Source of the DNA: Oligoflexus sp.
Lineage (GTDB): Bacteria > Bdellovibrionota_B > Oligoflexia > Oligoflexales > Oligoflexaceae
DNA: 18,429 bases
Direction: 5' to 3'
NCBI GenBank assembly: GCA_041736305.1
Contig: JBGSTX010000102.1
Location: forward strand, 1 to 18,429
Shown here piece after piece: positions 7,880-15,899 of the stretch. Position 1 is the stretch's first letter. Every line of letters begins with the position of its first letter. Both the position numbers and the translations under genes were made by a program. A model generated the notes under the pieces. It was given only the letters and a program-made list of their open reading frames with translations. It was not told the origin of the DNA and did not search any database.

Positions 7880-8740
7880 TTAAAGCAGGTTTTCTTGCTG
7901 CCGGTAAATGGGGACATTATAAGAACTTTGGCGTTCCAACTGAGCGCCTAATATCTCGCGCTGCTTGGCGAGGAAGACCTTGTCGAGCTCGCCGATCGAT
8001 TCTACGACAACATCAGGCGCGTAGGCGAAACGTTGCAGGTCAGACTTCTTGGTGCCTCCGGAGAGAACGAGTATCGTGCGAAAACCCAGCTGATTGCCTC
8101 CAAGTATATCTGTCTCCATCGTATCTCCGACCATTATGGTCTCTCCACTTCCCAGTCCGAGGCGTTTTCTGGCTGCACGGAAGATAACCGGACTTGGTTT
8201 GCCAGGGCTAAAAGCTTTGATGCCACTCGCCTCCTCAACCATTTTTACAAATGCGCCGCAACCCGGTCTTATCCCACCGTCTTGCGTGGGACAGCTCGGA
8301 TCGAGATTGGTCGCAATGAGCTTGGCTCCGTTGACGACCATCTGTACGGCTTTTTCTATTGATTCCAAGTTGATCGTGCGACCTTCACCCACAACGACAA
8401 AGTCGGGATTGTGGTCGACAATAGCGATACCCACGCGATCGAGAGCGTTCAGCAGCCCCCCTTCGCCGATGACATAAGCAGTTCCCTGCGGCTTATGCTG
8501 AGCTATATAGGAAGCCGTCGCCAACGCGCTCGTAAAGACATGATCCTGACTCACCTGAAAGCCAAGACGCTGCAAGCGCGTGGCGATGTCCATCGGTGTG
8601 CGTTGGCTATTATTGGTGAGAAACATATAAGGAACGTCTTGGTCGTTGAGAAGATCAACGAACTCAACCGCTCCTGGAATGAGTTCGTTGCCACGATAAA
8701 TCACGCCATCCATATCGATCAGAAAACCCATTTTAGTCAT
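7880..8740 (-). CDS. nagD: HAD-superfamily subfamily IIA hydrolase (NagD-like nucleotide/sugar phosphatase)
   Basis: Motif I DMDGVIY, LTNNS, ATNLD, GKPSP, MVGDTMETDI, LVLSG. AGGAG RBS upstream. Confidence 0.9.
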   Translation of the reverse strand: MTKMGFLIDMDGVIYRGNELIPGAVEFVDLLNDQDVPYMFLTNNSQRTPMDIATRLQRLGFQVSQDHVFTSALATASYIAQHKPQGTAYVIGEGGLLNALDRVGIAIVDHNPDFVVVGEGRTINLESIEKAVQMVVNGAKLIATNLDPSCPTQDGGIRPGCGAFVKMVEEASGIKAFSPGKPSPVIFRAARKRLGLGSGETIMVGDTMETDILGGNQLGFRTILVLSGGTKKSDLQRFAYAPDVVVESIGELDKVFLAKQREILGAQLERQSSYNVPIYRQQENLL

Positions 8741-9339
8741 TTCAACTCCTAGCTTAATGACATCTGGCTGACCGCAGTTTTCGCTCTCTTTTTTCTCAGG
8801 CAGACGAAGTCCTACGCGGTACTTTGTTCAGATCCTGGAGATACCAATCAACTGTCGATGAGTCAGATCAAGTAAATTTTGCACAAAGATCACTTGATTT
8901 TATGCATCCCAAGAAGGGATACTTGAATCATCACCTTTGAGCGAACAGAATGCAAGCTAGAGCGAGCAAAGCTTCGGTATCAGCAGTTACCAAATGGTGG
9001 GGTGCTTTTTTCTCGCGCGAAATCTTCCTATAAAACTAGAATGCGCGCATAGACTCGTGAAAATTTCCTACATTTACGTTAAGCAATTTTCACTTGAATG
9101 AAGCTTATGTTAAGCTGAAATTAAGAAAGGGCGGGCAAGAGACAAGAGGTTTCATTGTCTGCTCTAAGCAGAAATCTTTTTTTCCCAAATATTCTAGGTG
9201 CAACACTAGTAGCTCATCCAAAGCCGTATTTGCGGTTTTTGGCTTCGCGAACGTGCGTATCGATAACGAGAAGCCAAGCAGACGAATTCAAAGTGAAGCT
9301 CGGGTGCAGCTTCTCAAAATTTCCGGGAGAATTTTACTT

Positions 9340-9609
9340 ATGCTTAAGTCATTTCCAACACTAGCCGTCGCAATCGGATTTTTGACATTTTCCAGCTTGG
9401 GATTTGGAGCCTACGATGGAAGCGGCATTTCAGGCACAAAGAACCCGGATAGCCTCGTCATGCATATCTGTAGAGCGGAAGCAAGAGATGATAGTGGCCT
9501 CTTTTGGATGTCCATTAACCGTGACCGGGACGAAGCCCGGTACAGGGTTCTGGAACAATGTAGCCGCTTTGGTCGTGGCTGTCGGGTAACCTGTGAAACT
9601 AACTTTTAA
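9340..9609 (+). CDS. Small secreted four-cysteine protein (89 aa), loosely DUF4189-like
   Basis: ATG at 9340 with GGGAGA RBS, preferred over the TTG at 9094. Signal peptide MLKSFPTLAVAIGFLTFSSLGFGA, C-terminal EARYRVLEQCSRFGRGCRVTC pattern, followed by a terminator. Confidence 0.65.
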   Translation: MLKSFPTLAVAIGFLTFSSLGFGAYDGSGISGTKNPDSLVMHICRAEARDDSGLFWMSINRDRDEARYRVLEQCSRFGRGCRVTCETNF

Positions 9610-9621
9610 GCAGTCCCTCAA

Positions 9622-9650
9622 GCGCCGGGCCTTGCCTGGCGCCTTTTTCT
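9622..9650 (+). terminator. Rho-independent terminator
   Basis: GCGCCGGGC-CTT-GCCTGGCGC GC-rich stem (one G-U pair) followed by CTTTTTCT, 12 nt after the stop at 9609. Confidence 0.75.
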
Positions 9651-9778
9651 TCTGCTTAACCCCCCTCTAAATAGCTAGATCCCTTGATAAAAATAAATAG
9701 CCTCAAGAACCGGGCAGATTTAGCCGATATAGTGAGTGATCGGTAGCTAGCGGCTTGCCGCAAGAAGGGGTATCAGCA

Positions 9779-10204
9779 ATGCATTTCAAACGGGCATTAG
9801 TATTTCTGTTCTTTGTCGCCTCGTCTCTGTCTGCTTGCCGGGCAGGGTTTGTGAGCTTAGAGGGCACAACAGTCAAGGGCCAAACAGCAGATGGGGGCGC
9901 CGACTCTATTGGTGAAAAACCAGCCCCAGCTAAAGATTCTCCGCTTTGCATTAATATGGCTAACTTAGATGAAGAAGAGTCCAAACTGGTCTTTGTAGAC
10001 GAGAATGCCTGTCCAGCCAAAGGCGTAAAAGAAACTCCTAACACAGATAATGACACGCCAGCTAAAGATCCTCCAGCAAAGGATCCACCAGCTAACGATC
10101 CTCCAGCAAAGGATCCGCCAGCAAAAGATCCTCCGGCGAAGGATCCACCTAAGACGGACGACCCGACGCAAGCGTCGCAGTCTACAGACGAAGAAACTTA
10201 CTAG
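9779..10204 (+). CDS. Putative lipoprotein with Pro-rich PAKDP repeat tail (141 aa)
   Basis: ATG at 9779 with GAAGGGG RBS. Signal peptide II-like leader with lipobox LSAC, a further Cys pair, and a low-complexity C-terminus. Confidence 0.75.
   Translation: MHFKRALVFLFFVASSLSACRAGFVSLEGTTVKGQTADGGADSIGEKPAPAKDSPLCINMANLDEEESKLVFVDENACPAKGVKETPNTDNDTPAKDPPAKDPPANDPPAKDPPAKDPPAKDPPKTDDPTQASQSTDEETY
10058..10147 (+). repeat. Six tandem 15-bp units encoding PA(K/N)DP
   Basis: CCAGCTAAAGATCCT / CCAGCAAAGGATCCA / CCAGCTAACGATCCT / CCAGCAAAGGATCCG / CCAGCAAAAGATCCT / CCGGCGAAGGATCCA. All variation is at third codon positions. Confidence 0.92.
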
Positions 10205-11949
10205 GCCGAAGTCTTATTCTGACTCATGGTCGAGGTAAAAAGCTCAGCGATCAAGACCTGGCGTTCAAAGAAGCGCTGATGGGCCTTTGATCGCATTTTC
10301 CATTTCTTCTGTTGGATGCGATCGTATTCGAGCCTGCGTAGACTAGCTACGATACCTTCTGTACGGGTCGGTAGCAGCGAGAGGGCGCGTTCCTGGGTGG
10401 TCTTTTCGCAGTCGAAAAGTGTGACGGCTACCAGCTCGTTATCCATCTGCTCAAGAGCCATCGCCACGCGCTGATCTCCGAGGAGAACGCTCGAAGCGAA
10501 AGTCCGCCTTTGCATCTCAGCTCCTGCCAGAAACACCAAGCTCAGATCCTCGGAAGCTTGTTTATCTGGGATCAAATCGCTAAAAAAGTTTGTAAGACAG
10601 TTCTTGAATTCAGCGTCAGATCCTAGGCAATCGTGCAGCTCGCTCAGCTTCTGGCCCAAGATAGTCGTGATCTTCTGGCAAATCAGATCTTCACTTTCTT
10701 CAGACGATGAGGGTGAACCCCACTCAAAGCTTCGGACCTGCAAAGCTACGGCTCGACGACCGCCTAGACGCCTCGCCAAAACCCGCCGCCGGTTGCGACT
10801 GAGCTGCGGAACTAGACTCTGCCATTCATCTGTTGTTAGGAGCTGAATTGCTCGAGGAAATTTGTCCATCCGCAGACTGCATCCCAGTTCGCGTCCGAGT
10901 TCGAGGAGAAATCTTCCCAGCGCTCGCGCTTCGGTCTGCGTCCCTATTTTCGAAGAATCCTTCGCAAAATCATTCAGTACCATCAACTGCTCGGCACTGA
11001 GATGGGGTAATATGCTTCTGCGGAAATTTTCGTCACCAGCCAGGAGCGCCCAGTGCATGGCTTCTGGATCTTGCAGGATCCAGCGCCGAACTCGGGCTGG
11101 CATTTCAATCGAGTCGGCCTCCACGAGCGAGCGGATAAGATCCCCAGCCCGGTCGCGCCAAGCGGCGACAAAATAAGGACCGAACAAAGCCGCAGCTTGC
11201 TCGGCTGCTTCCTTCTTTAGCTGCAGAGCATGCTCACTAGTCTGCGCTTTCTTCTCGACATCTAGCAGCGAGAGGAGTCTCTTCCAGGTGGTTTTGACGA
11301 GAAGTATACCGAGGAGGAGCATCGAAAGATAAAGGAATAATTGTTGTGCAAGTTCAAGATCGATGGGACTTTTGAAAGCCTTGGGCGTAAGCGGCTTGGG
11401 TGCCGGAACTTCCAGCTCAGTGAAGGGCCTGAGCGGGAATTGGTCTTTAGCCTGACCTGTTTCTGTTCCTGGCAAGTCCGTCTTCGGACGCTTGAGATCG
11501 ATGACCAGCGGTCGACCTTCTTCCTCAAGATAATGCCGCAGAACGCTGAGCAGAGTAGTGCGCGTACTCCGGTCGAAACCTTTGTCGAAGCGAATGACCC
11601 AGCGCGATTCCCCTAGGCTTGGGTGGGCAGAAATTTCCTTGCTCGTCATGAGGCGGAGGTCCTGCCAGGTCAAGGGCAGTAGCTCGGGCTTGAGCTGGAG
11701 ATAATGAAAGGCCTTTTTTAAATCAAAGAAGATGCTGTCAGGTAAGTAACGAACACCGCACGACTGAATGAGTTCCACCTCAGGAGGATCCTTGAGGATA
11801 TGCATACTCATCAGAGCTTTGACTCGACTCAGCAATTCTCTTTGTATGTCTGCGCAAAGCGGGCCCTTGTGAAAAAGCCAAGAAACAGAGCCAAGGCTAG
11901 CTAAAGCAAGGGCAGACCCTAAGCAAAGGAGGCGTATAATTCGACGCAT
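10201..11949 (-). CDS. Two-TM membrane protein with FliG C-terminal-like cytoplasmic domain
   Basis: ATG at 11949 with GGAG RBS. Hydrophobic segments LLCLGSALALASLGSVSWLF and LFLYLSMLLLGILLV. The C-terminal LGDQRVAMALEQMDNELVAVTLFDCEKTTQERALSLLPTR resembles the FliG_C helical pattern, judged by eye. Confidence 0.6.
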   Translation of the reverse strand: MRRIIRLLCLGSALALASLGSVSWLFHKGPLCADIQRELLSRVKALMSMHILKDPPEVELIQSCGVRYLPDSIFFDLKKAFHYLQLKPELLPLTWQDLRLMTSKEISAHPSLGESRWVIRFDKGFDRSTRTTLLSVLRHYLEEEGRPLVIDLKRPKTDLPGTETGQAKDQFPLRPFTELEVPAPKPLTPKAFKSPIDLELAQQLFLYLSMLLLGILLVKTTWKRLLSLLDVEKKAQTSEHALQLKKEAAEQAAALFGPYFVAAWRDRAGDLIRSLVEADSIEMPARVRRWILQDPEAMHWALLAGDENFRRSILPHLSAEQLMVLNDFAKDSSKIGTQTEARALGRFLLELGRELGCSLRMDKFPRAIQLLTTDEWQSLVPQLSRNRRRVLARRLGGRRAVALQVRSFEWGSPSSSEESEDLICQKITTILGQKLSELHDCLGSDAEFKNCLTNFFSDLIPDKQASEDLSLVFLAGAEMQRRTFASSVLLGDQRVAMALEQMDNELVAVTLFDCEKTTQERALSLLPTRTEGIVASLRRLEYDRIQQKKWKMRSKAHQRFFERQVLIAELFTSTMSQNKTSA

Positions 11950-12088
11950 TTCCGCATCTCCAGGATTCTCTATCCGCAAGGTTTTCGCCCCACGGCAAAC
12001 CAGTATCCCTCTTATTCTAGTTGGGTTATAGCAAGATGCGGAAGGGCAAGAACTTCCGCCTTACCGCCAACTTTTTGGAGAAAGTTCG

Positions 12089-12382
12089 ATGATAGAACAT
12101 GTTGTGCTGCTACGTTTCAAAGCTGCCGTTAGCCCGGAGACGCGCCGCCGCGTTCTCGCTGAGCTGCGGACTCTCAAAGCGTCTGTGCCTAGCGTGGTAG
12201 AACTGAGCTGCGGGGACAACTTTTCGGAGCGTAGTCAGGGATACGAAGCCGGTTTGGTCGTCCGCTTCAAAGATAAGCAGGGTCTAGAGTCCTATATAGT
12301 GAATGCTGAGCATCAACGGATCGTTCAAGACTGGATACGGCCTAATGCCGAGCAAATTCTGGCTTTGGACTATGAATTTTAG
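12089..12382 (+). CDS. Dabb family (stress-responsive alpha/beta barrel) protein
   Basis: MIEHVVLLRFK start, GDNFSERSQGY, LVVRFKD...LESYIVNAEHQ, ALDYEF end. GGAG RBS. Confidence 0.9.
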   Translation: MIEHVVLLRFKAAVSPETRRRVLAELRTLKASVPSVVELSCGDNFSERSQGYEAGLVVRFKDKQGLESYIVNAEHQRIVQDWIRPNAEQILALDYEF

Positions 12383-12475
12383 CCTTTCTCAAGCGAGAAA
12401 GTCCTGAGGATCTCTCAAGTTAACCTAGGAATGACCGATAGCAAGCTCAGGAATCTTTCTTGAAAGGGACTTGAG

Positions 12476-13465
12476 TTGTCGGGCAAGAACAACATTTTAA
12501 AGCCTGGAGAGATCCTCTTCCGCGTCGGTGATCAATCGAACGGGATGTATATCATCCGGAAGGGTCAGGTCCAGATTTACCTCGACAAAGGCGGTTCAGA
12601 GACAGCTCTGGCCACCGTCGGTGCCGGTGGTATGCTGGGTGAAATGGCCCTTTTTGATAAAAAGCCCCGCTCAGCATCAGCTCGGGCGCTCGACGATGTT
12701 GAGCTGACTCAGATCAGCAACGAAGACTTCACAAAGATCCTCCAGCAGATTCCCAAGTGGTTCGTAACTCTCATGTCGACTCTTTCGTCTCGCTTGCGGG
12801 ACACCAATCAGCGCTTGCAGGATCTAGAATCCAAGTACAAAGGCAGCAGCAACCCGCTCGATGAGATTTCCCGTACCCTGCATATCCTACACCTCCTTTG
12901 GTTCAAGAACGGTGTCAAAGAAGTAAAAAGTTGGATCCTGGAGCGGGACGTCGCGACTGACGAAGTGGCGATGATTTTGAACGTCGACAGGAGTAAGGTA
13001 GCTACGCTCATCGAAACTGCGGTCGGTGGCGGTCTGATAGGCGCCGGCAAGAACTCCTATAAGAAAGATGTTCTCACCATCCTCAATCGAGGAGATCTCG
13101 AGCGATTTATCAACTTCATCACGCGGCTCAGAAAGCGAAACAACTCCATCCGCACCCTGCCGCAAGAGATCGTTGATATACTCGATATGCTTGCGCGAGC
13201 TGCAAAGGCCACAGCCTACGATACTTTTTCGATGGACCTAAAATTGCTCGAAGACGAAGCGAGGATGAAGGGTTTCCGTACCGATAAGTGGTCCGAATTC
13301 GCAGTTATGCTGCTTGAAGTCGACGAAGCTGTAACCGTTGTCAAAACTCCTAAAGACCTCAACTTCAAAGTTCAAAAGAAGCTTATCGATACTTTTCTCC
13401 AGCACGCTCGCATCCTCCGCGCTGTGACTCGCTCTGAAGACGTTAAAGTCGCAAAATCCGCCTAA
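12476..13465 (+). CDS. Cyclic-nucleotide-binding domain protein (Crp/Fnr-like N-terminus, uncharacterised C-terminus)
   Basis: GEILFRVGD..MYIIRKGQV and intact phosphate-binding cassette GEMALFDKKPRSASA, followed by the C-helix LSSRLRDTN. TTG start with GAAAGGGA RBS. Confidence 0.85.
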   Translation: MSGKNNILKPGEILFRVGDQSNGMYIIRKGQVQIYLDKGGSETALATVGAGGMLGEMALFDKKPRSASARALDDVELTQISNEDFTKILQQIPKWFVTLMSTLSSRLRDTNQRLQDLESKYKGSSNPLDEISRTLHILHLLWFKNGVKEVKSWILERDVATDEVAMILNVDRSKVATLIETAVGGGLIGAGKNSYKKDVLTILNRGDLERFINFITRLRKRNNSIRTLPQEIVDILDMLARAAKATAYDTFSMDLKLLEDEARMKGFRTDKWSEFAVMLLEVDEAVTVVKTPKDLNFKVQKKLIDTFLQHARILRAVTRSEDVKVAKSA

Positions 13466-13567
13466 GTGACATTGCCTGTTCGATCTTCCCTCCACTGCTC
13501 CCTGCAGAGGACAGGTCATCGCTTCTACATTGGCCTTAGAAGAGCTGAAGAAGCGACTGTTGGCATC

Positions 13568-13583
13568 TGGCGCATATCTTGCT
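13568..13583 (+). promoter_or_regulatory. Sigma-54 -24/-12 promoter
   Basis: TGGCGCATATCTTGCT: GG-N10-GC with TTGCT, 37 nt upstream of ATG 13621. Confidence 0.72.
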
Positions 13584-13620
13584 TAACAACAGAAGGGAAC
13601 ACTCAGAGACGGAGAAGGAC

Positions 13621-14019
13621 ATGTTAAAGTACATAACTTTGCTAGCTACTTTACTCATCAGTTCGATGGTTTCGGCGGCAGAAATGGGTAAAAGCATCAG
13701 GCCTTTGCCCTCCTGCGGTGGTCGCCTTGAGATCGAGCGCTCCGACTTGCAAACAGTTATTGCGATTAAAGATGTGAAGCGCTGTCCCTACGTAGTCTTC
13801 GAAGAGGAAAGGCAGAGCATGAGGCTGACCCCAAACGGTCACTATGAAACTGTCTATGTCTGGCCCGCAGGAGCCAAGCACCAAGCTAATTTACGCCTTG
13901 TAGTGCATACGGCGACGGGCTCGGTACAAGATACGTTTGATATCAAAGGATCTGCAGCTCTTACAGCTCAGCTCGAACAGCCTATACGTTTGCCCGCAGC
14001 AAGCACCTCAAGCCTCTGA
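13621..14019 (+). CDS. Secreted hypothetical protein (132 aa, two Cys, beta-rich)
   Basis: ATG at 13621 after GGAGAAGGAC RBS. Signal peptide MLKYITLLATLLISSMVSA. Confidence 0.75.
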   Translation: MLKYITLLATLLISSMVSAAEMGKSIRPLPSCGGRLEIERSDLQTVIAIKDVKRCPYVVFEEERQSMRLTPNGHYETVYVWPAGAKHQANLRLVVHTATGSVQDTFDIKGSAALTAQLEQPIRLPAASTSSL

Positions 14020-14026
14020 GATGTCA

Positions 14027-14974
14027 TCAGTGTGGGTGTGCACAGTCAGCGTGCCCATGCTTTTCGCTTAACACGTAGCGCTTTCCAGGTCCTTCAGCAC
14101 CTACAAGTTCAATCGTCATGTACAGATAAGCTTTAGCCTTGCACTTTTCGCGGATCGCGGCCTTTATCTCTTCTCCAGCCGCGAGGTTCTGAACGCGCAG
14201 GCGCATAGTCATGACGTGTTGGTAGCCATCGAGCGTCCACGCGTGAAACTCCTCGATATCTATAACTCCTGCGACCGCCTTGATCTCACGCTTTAAGCCT
14301 TCCAAATCGCCCGCATTCGGTACGAACTGCAGAATAATCTTCAGGGGAACTTTGAGATTTCGTACTACGTTCCACATGATGAAAAGAGCGATCATAATCG
14401 CCAGGAGCGGATCGAGCCAGGCGACCTGGAAGAAGTAGATGCAGAGCGCTCCGAAAAAGACGGCTAACCAGCCTAGAAAATCCTCGATGAGATGCCAGGA
14501 GAGTATTTTTTCGTTATGAGAATGTCCGCGCGAAAGTCCAAATGCGGCGAGTCCATTGACCACGAGGCCCAGGAGGGCCAGGGCTATCATGCTCGGAACA
14601 TGCGGCATTTCTGGGTTTCCGAGGAGGCGGGGAACGGCTTCAACGATAATGAGGATAGACCCGGCTATGATTACGAGTCCCGAAATCAGGGAGGAAAGAA
14701 TCGAATAGCGTTTATAGCCATAAGTCAGATCCGATGAAGGACCCTTAGTTGATTTTTTTTGCAGATACAAAGCGAGTGCCAAACTGAGACTGTCGCCAAA
14801 ATCGTGGATAGCATCGGCGACGATGGCAAAACTTCCGCTCAGTATGCCCCCCACCAACTCAATAATGGCGAACAGCATATTGAGGACAAAAGCCGTCCCT
14901 ATGCGTTTTACTGAAGAATCGGTGTCGTCAGCAGAGTGCTGGTGTCCATGATGATGATGATGATGAGCGCCCAT
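14027..14974 (-). CDS. Cation diffusion facilitator (CzcD/ZitB-like Zn/Co/Cd efflux transporter)
   Basis: His-rich N-terminus, AIVADAIHDFGD (TM2 site A), TYGYKR, WHLIED (TM5 HxxxD), LDPLLA, C-terminal FHAWTLDG. Confidence 0.93.
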   Translation of the reverse strand: MGAHHHHHHGHQHSADDTDSSVKRIGTAFVLNMLFAIIELVGGILSGSFAIVADAIHDFGDSLSLALALYLQKKSTKGPSSDLTYGYKRYSILSSLISGLVIIAGSILIIVEAVPRLLGNPEMPHVPSMIALALLGLVVNGLAAFGLSRGHSHNEKILSWHLIEDFLGWLAVFFGALCIYFFQVAWLDPLLAIMIALFIMWNVVRNLKVPLKIILQFVPNAGDLEGLKREIKAVAGVIDIEEFHAWTLDGYQHVMTMRLRVQNLAAGEEIKAAIREKCKAKAYLYMTIELVGAEGPGKRYVLSEKHGHADCAHPH

Positions 14975-15018
14975 GTCTCTCGGTATCCGCCTCTTAGCTT
15001 TGCCTCAGCTTTCGCAAT

Positions 15019-15747
15019 TCAATGCTTTTTGCAAGAAGGGGAAGGCACTCCAGTCAAACGAGAGGCCGAACCCTTCAGCTTCAAGTGTTCTTTGCAGTAA
15101 TCATACACCAAGTGGAGCAGAGCGCCTCCAATAAATGCCTCGAAAATACCGAAGTAAGCGGGGATGAGATGGAAAAGTGCGCGACTGCCGAAGAATCCAA
15201 TGATGGTTCCAACAGCGATATTGATCAAGACAATTGCGGCACTCAGTCGTCCATAGCGATCTAAGAAAAACTTCCAAACAAAGACTTCGAAGAGAAGTCT
15301 ATGAAAGATGATACTGAGGCTGAGCTCGGCTGTGTGCTGGTGTTCCCCCTGCAGAGCGGCAGGAAGCTCTGAACCGACCAAAGCAGCCCCGTCAATCATG
15401 GCATGAACCAGCAGAAAAAGCTGAACTAGGACGAGAAATACTCGGGAACTGCGGCGCGACTCGCTGAAGAAGAAGTCGTCCCCACCTCCAAATATGACAA
15501 TTCCCGCTAGCGCCGCGACGAGTGCTCCCCAACCGAAGACTTTGAGGTTCTCAAATAAGATATGAGCAAAAATATTGTAGGTAATGGCGGCGATCAGGAA
15601 GAAAGCAAAAATTTTCGATAGACGCTGAAAGCGGTACACTACCCTCACGATGAGAGGGGTGCAGGCAAGTATTGCAAGACTTATCAGTAAGTATTCCACA
15701 AAATTCCTTGGATACCAGCCGGCTCGCAGCGCCGAAATCAGCTGCAT
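15019..15747 (-). CDS. Multi-pass membrane protein, divergent ZIP (ZupT-like) metal transporter
   Basis: About 7-8 hydrophobic segments. VHAMIDGAAL matches the ZIP TM4 HxxxE/DG motif, followed by EHQH and SIIFHRL (TM5 His). AFIGGALLHL resembles the late ZIP TM. Directly upstream of a CDF gene. Confidence 0.55.
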   Translation of the reverse strand: MQLISALRAGWYPRNFVEYLLISLAILACTPLIVRVVYRFQRLSKIFAFFLIAAITYNIFAHILFENLKVFGWGALVAALAGIVIFGGGDDFFFSESRRSSRVFLVLVQLFLLVHAMIDGAALVGSELPAALQGEHQHTAELSLSIIFHRLLFEVFVWKFFLDRYGRLSAAIVLINIAVGTIIGFFGSRALFHLIPAYFGIFEAFIGGALLHLVYDYCKEHLKLKGSASRLTGVPSPSCKKH

Positions 15748-15807
15748 TCATAACAAAAATTGGAGGCTATAGAGAGGTCAAAATGCCTTTAAAGAGGCTT
15801 GTTGTTA

Positions 15808-15830
15808 AAATATTCAATTAATTGAGTCAA
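15808..15830 (-). promoter_or_regulatory. Palindromic operator overlapping a -35 element upstream of the ZIP-like/CDF pair
   Basis: Perfect 12-bp palindrome TCAATTAATTGA (15814-15825) abutting TTGACT on the minus strand (15825-15830). Confidence 0.5.
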
Positions 15831-15899
15831 GTATATTCCTAGGCGAAGCTGAGCCCTTCCCTCTTTCCCGCCTTGAATGCAAATACTTGCGACTTTAAC

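Noticed and set aside
9094-9339. N-terminal 82-aa extension of the 9094..9609 ORF
   Set aside because: TTG start without RBS; ATG 9340 has an RBS and begins a signal peptide.
10058-10147. Tandem repeat as a CRISPR array
   Set aside because: 15-bp units with no spacers, in-frame coding with wobble-only variation, and no cas genes.
12046-12060. Sigma-54-like GGCGGAAGTTCTTGC on the minus strand upstream of the FliG-like gene
   Set aside because: GG-to-GC spacing is 11 rather than the strict 10 nt.
14944-14965. (ATG/CAT)n trinucleotide run as a contingency repeat
   Set aside because: It encodes the poly-His N-terminus typical of CDF transporters.
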